Source of the DNA: Kipferlia bialata
Lineage: Eukaryota
NCBI GenBank assembly: GCA_003568945.1
Contig: BDIP01000040.1
Location: 1 to 38,705 of the forward strand
Reading direction: 5' to 3'
DNA length: 38,705 nt
Below the pieces are notes generated by a model that worked only from the letters and a program-made list of their open reading frames with translations, was not told where the DNA came from and did no database searches. Position 1 is the first letter of the stretch. The number at the start of each line of letters is the position of its first letter. The position numbers and the translations under genes are program-made. Below are positions 14,401 through 24,310 of the stretch, piece by piece.

Positions 14401-14622
14401 GGTTATGTATACACTACCATATATCATACACCCATATATATAACACAGCTCTACATTCCATATATAGTATCATGGTTAATGACACACCTCTGCTGTGACA
14501 GTGATGACATACCATGACCAGGATGACTATTATTAAAATATATCGCTATAGTATACATAATATAGCACCACACACCTCTGCTGTGACAGTGATGACAGAC
14601 CCGGTCCCCTGAGAGGCACCAT
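7751..14622 (-). CDS. ZC2HC1/FAM164-like C2HC zinc-finger protein with C-terminal zinc ribbon and long RE-rich low-complexity regions, multi-exon gene span
   Basis: Spliced motifs: ECPFCKEKMYASQLRTHCIK|CDK; LVGCPKCGR|TMLPGPLKRHMVKCGKPQRRNTFSSGAKRYQG, which resembles the recalled ZC2HC1A pattern CxxCGR..L..H...C...RK.F.S..QR..G; and YCVCCGSKFHMDAQYCGHCGNHR (zinc ribbon). Large exons lie within ORFs 8579..9691 and 7751..8275. The start ATG at 14622 is inferred from phase. Confidence 0.7.
11031..11557 (-). repeat. Donor-side exon-echo array (true exon plus 4 copies of SAVASVDVQ+GT)
   Basis: acctgcacatc.ac.gatgc.ac.gc.ga at ~11033, ~11134, ~11245, ~11379 and 11501. Confidence 0.92.
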
Positions 14623-15016
14623 TCTCTCTCTCTCTCACTCTCTCTCTCTCTCTCTGTCTCTCTTGTCTATCTTAACGTGCCCTTCCAAGTCAATATTGCC
14701 TCACACACAAGTTCCCCACAGAGGGAGCAAATACAACTACCCTCCCCCGCCGACTGTGATAAGACACGTGTCAAGTGAAGAGAGACTAGGTCCTAGTCAG
14801 GGACAAAGCAGGCCCTAAACTGAACAAAAACCAGAAAAGGGTGCAGGCCGATAGTGCATCACTCCAGTCTGAGACCATCTCTCTCTCTCTATCCTCAGTG
14901 GCACTCGGGAGGATATCAGGGTCCCAGTGGGATACTTGGAGTTTAGCTGAGGACTTTGAGTAGTCTCTGAGGGTGTAGTGAGACCTTGTAGTTTGGGCCA
15001 AGCGTAGAGAGAGAGA

Positions 15017-15047
<31 letters not shown>

Positions 15048-15050
15048 GGT

Positions 15051-15409
15051 ATGAACGGCATACCCTATGTGGACAAGCTGGTGGAGGAGTACCTGCTGTT
15101 CAGGGGGTTCACAGGTAAATACATATAAGTATATATATATACATATAAGTATATATACATATAAGTTATATATGTATATGCATTCACTATGATGGAATAT
15201 ATGTATATACTATATATATGTATGTACATATGTATAGAGTGGGAGTACCTGCGGTTCAGGGTGTTCACAGGTATATATATGTGGAAGGTGTTGGGGTAGG
15301 GGGGGGCTGGAGGGTTCACTGTATCACCTCCCCCTCACTCTCTTCCTGATATGTATAAGTACTGGTCAGTGTATTACTCTGATTCCGCCTCCAACACATT
15401 AGAGCAGTG

Positions 15410-15440
<31 letters not shown>

Positions 15441-16085
15441 TGCATCATCCTATGTTAATGTGTAATAGGTCTTGACCTGATGTCTCTCTCTCCCACACCT
15501 TATCCCCGACTGCTGCATGCCTTTCTAACACCCCACTATTCACTACCCATCTTGCCAATCGCTCTCTCTCTCGCACGCACTCCGTCTATCTCTCACTATA
15601 TTGCTCTTTCTCTCTCCCCCCTTCAGAATCACTCTCTGCTACCCCTTTCTGTGCACTGACACGACCCCAACACACTAACCCTATCTCTGTTATTCTCTCT
15701 CTCTCCCTGTATTGCCACTGACACCCAGACACAGAGTGAGACACACTCACCCACCTCTAGAGTGATATCAATAGTGTGATCTCTCTCTCTCCCTCCTTCC
15801 CTCTCTCTCTCTCTCTCTCTCTCTATTTATATTTATATGTATATCCACCCTGACCCCCAGACACCCTGACCCACCTCAAGAGTGACATCTAGACTCTCTC
15901 TCTCTCTCTCTCTCTGTCTCTCCCCCCTCTCTCTCTCTGTACTTTGATTAACTCCCAGACACCCTGACCCACCTCAAGAGTGACATCAATTGTGACCTCT
16001 CTCTCTCTCTCTCTCCCTCTCTCTCTCTCTTTCTCTCTCCAGACTGACACCCAGACACCCTGACCCACCTCAAGAGTGACATCAA

Positions 16086-16134
<49 letters not shown>

Positions 16135-16181
16135 GCCACTGACATCCAGACACCCTGACCCACCTCAGGAGTGACATCTAG

Positions 16182-16221
<40 letters not shown>

Positions 16222-16926
16222 CTCCAACTCCCAGACACACTTACCCACCTCAAGAGTGACATCAAGAATGACAAGTTCGCAGGGTTCGACCCACACAGGC
16301 TGGCAGCAGCTGTGCTAGGTATTATCACTCTCTCTATATAGTAATGTATATATATATATATATAGTTATGCATATGTGGACATTTATGCAAGCATCATTA
16401 GTGTGTTCGACCCACACAGGCTGGCAGCAGCTGTGCTAGGTATTATCTGTATATATATAATAGTATATTGCACTATATATAGTAATATGTTAATATATAT
16501 AATATCTTGTATCGTTGTTGTGTTCGACCCACACAGGCTGGCAGCAGCAGTGCTAGGTATATAGTAGTATAATACAGTATTAGATATGTGTATTTATATA
16601 CTTGTGTCTTTATAGTCTTCACAGACTGGCAGCTGAACCAGATATAGAATATTTATGGCAGGTCACACATTCATTCCCTGCTCCTCACTCACTATCCACT
16701 ATATATATTTCTCCCTCACTTGTATTTGGTTCAATGCATGTGACTGATCCCCCAGCCACTGTCAAGAAGGGTAAACTCCTTCACCCTATGTCGCTCTCTC
16801 TCATAATAATCATATATATATGATTTTATGTGTTTGTGTGTGTTTTCCTTTATATATGTATACATATCACCCTCCAGCCACTGCCAAGAAGGGTGACCTC
16901 CACTCCTTCAAGAGTCATACTAGTCC

Positions 16927-16969
<43 letters not shown>

Positions 16970-18832
16970 CCCACCCCCTTATACATCAGCCACTGCCAAG
17001 AAGGGTGACCTCCACTCCTTCAAGAGTCTCTGGGGCACAGTGGTGGGACTCATTCCCCAGTACGTGTGTAATAGCATATGAGATATTGTATTGTATTGTA
17101 TGTAGTGTGTAAATATATAATACTTGTATACTTGTATACTTATCTCTGGGGCACTGTCGTCGGGCTCATCCCTCAGTGCGTGAGCAAGTTATATTGTATT
17201 GTATTTACATAAGACATGAATACAACTACTTGCAATAGTGTATTGTATCATATTTGTATCTCTGTGTCTATCCCACCCTTACATCAGGGATGATGAGACA
17301 CTGTTACTGTCCTCCCATCTCTCTCTCTCTCTGACCATTTTCTTTTCTCTTGCTCTTTTGTGCTTGCACACCAGGCATGACGAGACTTTCCTCCTATCCT
17401 CCCAGCACGTGGAGTGTACCTATATTATCATGTCTCTCTCTAAGTCCATATNNNNNNNNNNNNNNNNNNNNNNNNNNNNNNNNNNNNNNNNNNNNNNNNN
17501 NNNNNNNNNNNNNNNNNNNNNNNNNNNNNNNNNNNNNNNNNNNNNNNNNNNCTGTTACTGTCCTCCCAGCACGTGGAGTGTACCTATATTATCATGTCTC
17601 TCTCTATGTCCATATATGTATGTATACTATATGTAACTAACCTTCCAGGGATGACGAGACACTGTTACTGTCCTCCCAGCACGTGGAGTGTGCCCTATTG
17701 AGACTCATGCTGGTCTCATGTGCCAAGGGGGGTGCAGCGGGGCAGGAGACAATACACGAGATACTTAGGTATACTTGTATATATACTATATAGTGTATAT
17801 ATATACCTTATATCAATGCTGGTGTCATGTGCCAAGGGAGGGGCAGCAGGACAGGAGACAATACAAGAGATATTGAGGTATACTATGTAATGTATATATA
17901 TAGAGTATATGTATTGACTATATAAACATATGCTGGTGTCATGTGCCAAGGGGGGGGCAGCAGGACAAGAGACAATACATGAGATACTGAGGTACAATGT
18001 ATATATGTATGTACAATATAGTGTATATATATAGACTATATATACATATGCTGGTGTCATGTGCCAAGGGAGGGGCAGCAGGACAAGAGACCATACACGA
18101 GATATTGGGGTAGATTACGTGTATATCGACACCTCTATTGTCTATGGACGTGACCCAGCTTTCTATGTGTTATTGTGTATACCCCTGGCTTCCAAGCTCT
18201 CGTTCCAAACTCAATGTCTCTCTTGCTCCTACTCTCTCTACATATAACCCCAAGGTCTCTCTCCTCCCGTGGCTTCCAGCGTGACCCTTCCTATTCTCTC
18301 TTCCTCTCTCTTTCTCTCTATATATATAACCCCTAGGTCTCTCTCCTCCCGAGGCTTCCAGCGTGACCCCTCCTGGTCTGTATGGTTCAGCATAGTGTAC
18401 ACAAAGAACGTCAATGATGTGCCTGGTACGGATGCTTTCCTATCTCTCTCCGTCTACACCATTATTCTCTGGAGTACCCAAGAAAGTTAATATATATTAA
18501 TAACGTGCCGGGTCTATCTATATGTTTGATGCTTACTTCTCTCTCTCTCTCCCTCTACACCTCATTCTCCAGAGTACAAGGAGACTGCCTCTGAGCCCAG
18601 CAGAGCCAGGCTGGAGCTGGAGCTAGGCAACTTCCTGTCAATAGTGTTCAGCCATAGGTATATATATATCATTGTACAATTAGATGTAGATACTCATGTC
18701 TATGTCTTTGTTAATATATGAATGTGTTACTGTATACATTACCTCTTTTCTCCCCCATTACCTCTCTCTCTCTCTCAATATATCCCCCAACCCCCATGTC
18801 TCTCTCATGCAATTATTATATTATCATCTAAC

Positions 18833-18865
<33 letters not shown>

Positions 18866-19442
18866 CCTCACTCTCTCTCTCATTCTCCAGACCTCTCCCC
18901 CCGCCTACTGGCAGCCAAGACACTGGAGCTAGTATATTGTACCCTTGCTCTTCTCTCACACACTCTCTCTCATTCTCCAGACCCCTGCCCCGCCTGCTGG
19001 CAGCCAAGACACTGGAGCTAGAGAATGCATCTCTGAGGTATATATAGTGTACATATATAGATTGTGTGACTACTGTATGTATATATGTATACTAGGTATA
19101 TCATATATAGAGTGCCAAGACACTGAGCTAGAGAATGTATCCCTGAGGTATATACAATGTACACGCATATACATACTCATATATGCATATTGGTACAATG
19201 TAGTAGCCAAGGCAATGGAGCTAGAGAATGCAACCCTGAGGTGTGTAGAATTTACACACAGGGATATATTATATTGTTCTTATATGATACTAATGTACAT
19301 TAGTGTATATTGTGACGAAGACTGAATGGCCCACACAAGAATGCATATAGTACATACCAATGTCAGTGTATATCCCAGTGTTGTCTCTCTTACACCCAGG
19401 GCTGCTCTAAACCGGTCAGCCTTCAACATCTACCAGCTCTAG
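15051..19442 (+). CDS. WDR91 N-terminal (LisH/CTLH-like plus coiled-coil) domain protein lacking WD40 repeats, multi-exon gene span
   Basis: Spliced: MNGIPYVDKLVEEYLLFRGFT|DTLTHLKSDIKNDKFAGFDPHRLAAAVL|...WSVWFSIVY...LELELGNFLSIVFSH...LELENASLR|AALNRSAFNIYQL*. This matches the recalled WDR91 pattern DELVREYLLFRGFT.TL..LD.EIK.DK..GF and SLHNFLSVLF. TAG at 19440-19442. A 100-N gap lies inside an intron. Confidence 0.8.
15722..16560 (+). repeat. Acceptor-side (5 copies) and donor-side (2 copies) echoes of WDR91-like exon 2
   Basis: ccagacaccctgacccacctcaagagtgacatc at ~15857, ~15955, ~16051 and ~16146, degenerate at ~15740, true exon at ~16234; gttcgacccacacaggctggcagcagc.gtgctaggtat at ~16284, ~16404 and ~16522. 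Confidence 0.92.
17452..17551. other. Assembly gap (100 N)
   Basis: Run of n characters. Confidence 0.99.
17707..18112 (+). repeat. Donor-side exon-echo array (true exon plus 3 copies of MLVSCAKGGAAGQETIHEIL+GT)
   Basis: Units start at 17707, 17816, 17930 and 18048 (spacings 109, 114 and 118 bp) and are separated by TA-rich spacers. Confidence 0.92.
18880..19242 (+). repeat. Exon echoes of the LLAAKTLELENASLR exon
   Basis: 5'-end copy at ~18880-18932; gagctagagaatg.a.c.ctgaggt at ~19015, ~19125 and ~19218. Confidence 0.85.
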
Positions 19443-19807
19443 AGAGGAAGAGAGGGGGAGATTGTTCCTACTTTCAAGTATTGAAGAGAGTTGGAGTGTG
19501 TTGTTTGGTGTAAGAGTGTATCATAGTGTGGGGGATTTGTATGTTAAGAGGTGTACATAAATGACTCGTCTTCTATATCTGCACGTCTTCACTGTCTATG
19601 ACATAGGCTGCTCTATGTCGACACTAGAGAAGTGACAACTGCCATGCCCATGTATCAATTCGTCGTGTGAATCATTGTCATGTTAGTAGTGTCAAGTTGA
19701 CACTGTGGCAACTCCTTGTTGTGGACAACAACTCGCTGTGATTCACAACTAATTCCCTGTGAAATTTCCACTCCCACCACTATATAACTATATTCTGCTA
19801 TATATAA

Positions 19808-20857
19808 CTAATAATCACTATCTGCTACATTTGCTGAGAACACGCACCCTTCCATGCTCGTGATGCACTCTGGAGAGAACATGAAGGGGTCAATGTTCAC
19901 TACGAGAGACACTCTCTTCGCGAGGAACAGCATAGTGGTAGGGGATACCATGACAGCACGTGCCGGAGAGAAGAAGCCATTATACTCAGGAAGAGGTAGT
20001 GGTTGGAGAGGCACAAGATCCATGGACACGGGATCAAAGAGCCACGCTGTGTACACACCGCCGTCTTCTTCGGAAGTAACCAGTTGAATCTCATTCCTAC
20101 CCAGGGGAAAGCCAATAACGTGGTAACGTCGCCCATCGCGAGGACAGGGGCTCCATACAGGGTATTTCTCCTCCCACACGCCCTCTCTGTAGGTGGTACG
20201 GGTCAGCGGGTTATAGAACATCTTGCTGAACCCTTCAGGACAGTCCACTGCATTATCCCACCACTGCCCCTCATCAGAGAACTCTGTCCACGCTCGGCTG
20301 TACACTGACCATTCCCAAGTACTACTCGTGTACTCTCCCTCCAATGTAATCAAGCCTTCCCCGGGGGGAGTTCCCGCCACTACAAGTGTATCACCCATAG
20401 AGAATGAAGCGGGGGTATCAAAGATGGGTGGCACGATACCCTCTACATATGGACATGTCTCCCACTCCCCAGTGGATATGCTATACACAGCCATGTACCA
20501 TGCTGGATGGGACCTGTATCGACCCTCCTCTACACGTGGTGCAAACCCCCCATATGCCACCACCGTATCCCCCACTCTATGCAGCTTCATCCTATACACA
20601 CCCTCTGGGTTGATAGGCCCCTCAATCTTCTCTGTTGCAAGGCAGCCACTGGAACGGTCAAGAGAGAGAGAGAGAATGGTCCACTTTGGCACTGGGAGGT
20701 ACAATAGGCGACCGAGCTTCTCACTCTCTGTGTAGCAAGCGAGTACTTGTCCGTCTCCAATTGGTGCGAGAGATAGATCACGCATGCTGATAAGGCTGGG
20801 CAGCACTGTGCATTCTGTGTACCAGGGTAGGCCAGATGCATCTGTCTCTCCCTCCAT
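19808..20857 (-). CDS. Intronless kelch/galactose-oxidase-like beta-propeller protein (349 aa)
   Basis: Uninterrupted ORF without microsatellite-derived sequence. Kelch-like segments VGDTVVAYGG, VYSISTGEWE, WEWSVYSRAWT and WLFDPVSMD. Confidence 0.7.
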   Translation of the reverse strand: MEGETDASGLPWYTECTVLPSLISMRDLSLAPIGDGQVLACYTESEKLGRLLYLPVPKWTILSLSLDRSSGCLATEKIEGPINPEGVYRMKLHRVGDTVVAYGGFAPRVEEGRYRSHPAWYMAVYSISTGEWETCPYVEGIVPPIFDTPASFSMGDTLVVAGTPPGEGLITLEGEYTSSTWEWSVYSRAWTEFSDEGQWWDNAVDCPEGFSKMFYNPLTRTTYREGVWEEKYPVWSPCPRDGRRYHVIGFPLGRNEIQLVTSEEDGGVYTAWLFDPVSMDLVPLQPLPLPEYNGFFSPARAVMVSPTTMLFLAKRVSLVVNIDPFMFSPECITSMEGCVFSANVADSDY

Positions 20858-21650
20858 TACAGAGATAGGGAGACGAACGCGGAGTCTGTGTCACAGACAC
20901 TCTCTGGGAAAGCGAGGGGAGACTTGAACCTAGGGTTGGTTTCGAAGGAGACACCTGAACAACTGACAACCAAGAATGCGTGTATGACAGTCATCCTATA
21001 TTCAAGGGCTACTACTTATATGTGGATGGACAGAAGTGTGTGGAATGATTGATGTATCGTAGATGGAGAGGAGGGAGGGGGGGGGGGGATATCTACTCTG
21101 ATCATCTCCTAGAATGATGATGTGATATGCATACAGGACTGGAAAGTGAGGGAGTGTGTGGGGGGGGGGGGAGAAGGCACCCTATGGGCCAGGAGAGGGG
21201 AGCAGCTAACCCAAAGTGGTATAAGAGAGACATGATATGTCGTATGAAGGCAGTAAGGGTGTGAAGATGAACTACTAACTTGTGTTTGAACACATCACTA
21301 GAATATGGATTGAGGTTATAGACATGGGGTGTTGGGGGGGGGGATTCTCTCACTTGCCTTGCGCAATACAGATGATTCTGAGGTGTAGTGAAAGACGAAC
21401 TAGAAACACTATCTCTGAAATAGGCCACAGTAGAGAAGGAGAGAGGATTGAGGCTGTTGGAGGAAAGAACGACAGCTGGATATACCTATCATACATGGAT
21501 TTTCTAGCTCGGTTATACGTTACCTGATACAAAGCCGCAGAATAATGGACTGTGTAGGGATCGAGGGCTGTGAAAAACACTGTGTTATGAAAGATTCTTT
21601 CCACCATAGGAGGACCATTGGCAACCAAAAACTGAAAGGGTGCAGTACAT

Positions 21651-21735
21651 TCCCTATCCCTACTCCCTATCCTATCCCTATCAATACTCCCTATCCCTAT
21701 CCCTATCCCTATCCCTACAATGTTCCCTGCCCTAT
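21651..21735 (+). repeat. Degenerate (CCCTAT)n hexamer repeat
   Basis: tccctatccctactccctatcctatccctat...ccctatccctatccctatccctatccctac. Confidence 0.85.
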
Positions 21736-22278
21736 ATTATAGCAAGGTTATATTATTGCGTGCATATGAACCGTTCTCCACCGGGCCCCACATGTGGCAG
21801 TACAAGTCATGCGAGCATCCCATACCCGACTACCTGGAAAGGGCTAGGATGAAATTGCAGCAACACTCGATGTGTACGGAAATATCGCCGTGTTACTATA
21901 AATAGAACATTAATCTAATGACGTCTTTGTGGCCCTATGTGTGTACTAGAGCATACAGCACGAGGTCGACGATGGTTGCAGTAGCCAACAACTATGGGGT
22001 GCGTGCGTCAGAATAGGTTTTAGGTGGCAGGTTGTATGGAGAACGGTTTCACTTCTAGCTCCTCTATTGTCATAGAATAGGGCCTGACCCGGAGGGTTAT
22101 CAACATAGTTGTTTTACTCATTATAAGCATGCTACTAAGGTGGTTTTCATGCCCGTAGACTCAGTATTGACATAGTGTTTGCGGGTTTGCGTTTGGAGAG
22201 CATCGCTCTACTCTGCCATGTCAATGTATCAGTGTCAATACATCCACAACCTCCACGTATATGCATGTATGTATATAC

Positions 22279-23262
22279 CTATATACATGCAGTGTATGTG
22301 TCTCCATCCAGTATCCCTGGCAGGACATCCACCACCAGTGCCTCCCTCTTCCCTACCACAATGGCTGTGGTGGGGTTGAGCATAACAGCAGCACAGGAAA
22401 GATATTCTTCTGATTGTCCAAGAGGCAATGACTCCCCGATAGTATACTCATTGGATACTATGTCGTATATACATGCGTCACACATGATCCTGTCACCTCT
22501 GGGAGGACTTCGATGTCTCGTAGAACCCCGTCCGAGCAGAATACGCTGGTAGTTGCTTCCAAGGGCAGTAATTAGCCTCCATGGCTTTGTCTCCCCCCAG
22601 GTGCAACAAACCATTTCTGCAGCGGCAGCGTAAAGGGTATTGTGGTGTAGAGACACACTGAGACTATTGTCTGTCTTGGAGCAGACCACACCGTGACTGT
22701 TGTATGGTACACATGCATAATCAAAGGCTAGGGAACGTGGAAGATCGTTTAGCTGAGACCAGAGGTTGGTCTGGATATCTAGTAGCCATGCGTCTCTCAG
22801 ATGTGTCTCTATAACACAACCTCCCGTCAGAATGACTAGGTTGTCTGTAAGTGCAAACATGACACCAAACACACGAACTGGAGGAGATATTCCAGTTTCT
22901 GGCAGTTGATCCCACGACTGATCCTCAAGGCTGTATATATATACACGTGAGTAAGGAATGCTTGTTGTCCTCTCTGTAGAAGGACCTGGTCTCCATGCAC
23001 AGTAAGCAACGACATGATTACCAAGCCTTGCTAGGAGTGGATAAGTAATGGCAGCCAGGGAGTCTGGTACCTGCATCTGCGTTTCTGTCACAACGTGGTT
23101 GTCACTGAGCACCAGAAGTCTCCACTGCTGGCCGTGACCAGTCACACGATACGTCAACAAAGCGTTGTTATACTCTAGAGGGACCAGTTGTATATGGGAT
23201 CTCTTGTCAGTAGACTCAGTCAGGACCCTTGTGTAGTGGTCATACCAGGCCTTTAGTCCCAT
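22279..23262 (-). CDS. Intronless kelch-like beta-propeller protein (about 327 aa), distant paralogue of 19808-20857
   Basis: Lies in ORF 22279..23409; the start is taken at MGLKAWY (23262) by analogy with the LPWY start of the neighbour. Motifs LGNHVVAY, IYSLEDQSWDQLP, VILTGG, WLLDIQTNLWSQL. The C-terminal AVMLNPTTAIVV parallels AVMVSPTTMLFL in the paralogue. Confidence 0.68.
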   Translation of the reverse strand: MGLKAWYDHYTRVLTESTDKRSHIQLVPLEYNNALLTYRVTGHGQQWRLLVLSDNHVVTETQMQVPDSLAAITYPLLARLGNHVVAYCAWRPGPSTERTTSIPYSRVYIYSLEDQSWDQLPETGISPPVRVFGVMFALTDNLVILTGGCVIETHLRDAWLLDIQTNLWSQLNDLPRSLAFDYACVPYNSHGVVCSKTDNSLSVSLHHNTLYAAAAEMVCCTWGETKPWRLITALGSNYQRILLGRGSTRHRSPPRGDRIMCDACIYDIVSNEYTIGESLPLGQSEEYLSCAAVMLNPTTAIVVGKREALVVDVLPGILDGDTYTACI

Positions 23263-23656
23263 GGTTGTAATACTCACAGGGTAAGGAAAGGGTCTTAGTA
23301 CCTTGCTACCCTGAGTCCTACCACACTGGAGGACCTCTAGTATAGGATAGTATACTATCATATTCATTGTAGACTGCATTACAGTGACACTTTGGGTTCC
23401 ATCCCACACATACTGTAGAGTCTACAGTGATCACTGGCGAGCACAGTACCATGTACTATACACTACCTTCATTACTGTCAATAGTCGAATCTATTATTGC
23501 CTTCCTAGAGAGAATGTGACTTTCCGAACACAACTAGGACAGCGTAGAATGGTGCTGCTGAGGAACCAACTAGGAGTATCAAACACGTGGGGGACACTTG
23601 ACGGTACAACCCAGACAGAGATACGAGGTGGAAGACAAAGGTGAAGGACTCTCCCC

Positions 23657-24310
23657 TTACATACCCTTGGCTGCCTTCTGCACCAGAGACACGCACTCCT
23701 CAAACACCTTGGAGGAGGCGCGGATGAGCCTCTTGGCGTCGTCCTCACTATAGAACCTGTAGGTCAGCCTCAGAGTAGTCAAGGGGTATAGCTACAATAT
23801 GTATGCTGCATGTTGTTCTCTCAATCTCTACCTATACATATATATATACATATACATGTATAGACTATACCTCTCCGTTAGGTCACTCCCGTCTCCGTGT
23901 GTGTTGGGGTAGCGGGTGCGCACATAGTGACGATCAGGGATCCTACAGAGTTAGCCAGAGTGAATTTACACGATATAGTTACCCTCATATCCATTATTGT
24001 ACCTTGCCACTAGGGGTGCTACTGTGGGCAGGCCACTAGCAAGCTCTGAGAGGGGGTGTGAGTGGAGGTTGGCATCTGTGATACCGACTGTGGCGTAGAG
24101 GGCCGCCTTGATAGACATCTCTGCCACCTGGTGGTTAAAGGGGGTAGAGGGAGAGAGGAAGGAGAGAGACAGGGAGAGATTCCATACCTGGTAGGCAAGG
24201 AAGCTCTGCATACTGTTGGACCCCCCATGCTGTGCTAGGATAGACAGGTCCCTTCTGACACTCATGGCCTGGTTGACCCAGGTCTTGGCCCTGAGGGGAC
24301 ACACAGTGAC
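23657..24310 (-). other. Sacsin-type HEPN domain exons
   Basis: PLRAKTWVNQAMSVRRDL...SFLAYQ|VAEMSIKAALYA...HSHPLSELA...YVRTRYPNT...YSEDDAKRLI parallels the recalled sacsin HEPN pattern EARRWLRQA...CF.C...K.AL.A...KTRYP...FT.E.A. Confidence 0.75.

Noticed and set aside
14576..14880. Possible FYVE domain (fragments W.D, CSLCGELVC, RVCHHC on the minus strand)
   Set aside because: The fragments lie in different frames separated by stops, lack RRHHCR, and the RVCHHC frame hits a stop in the next exon. More likely 5' UTR or the shared promoter of two divergent genes.
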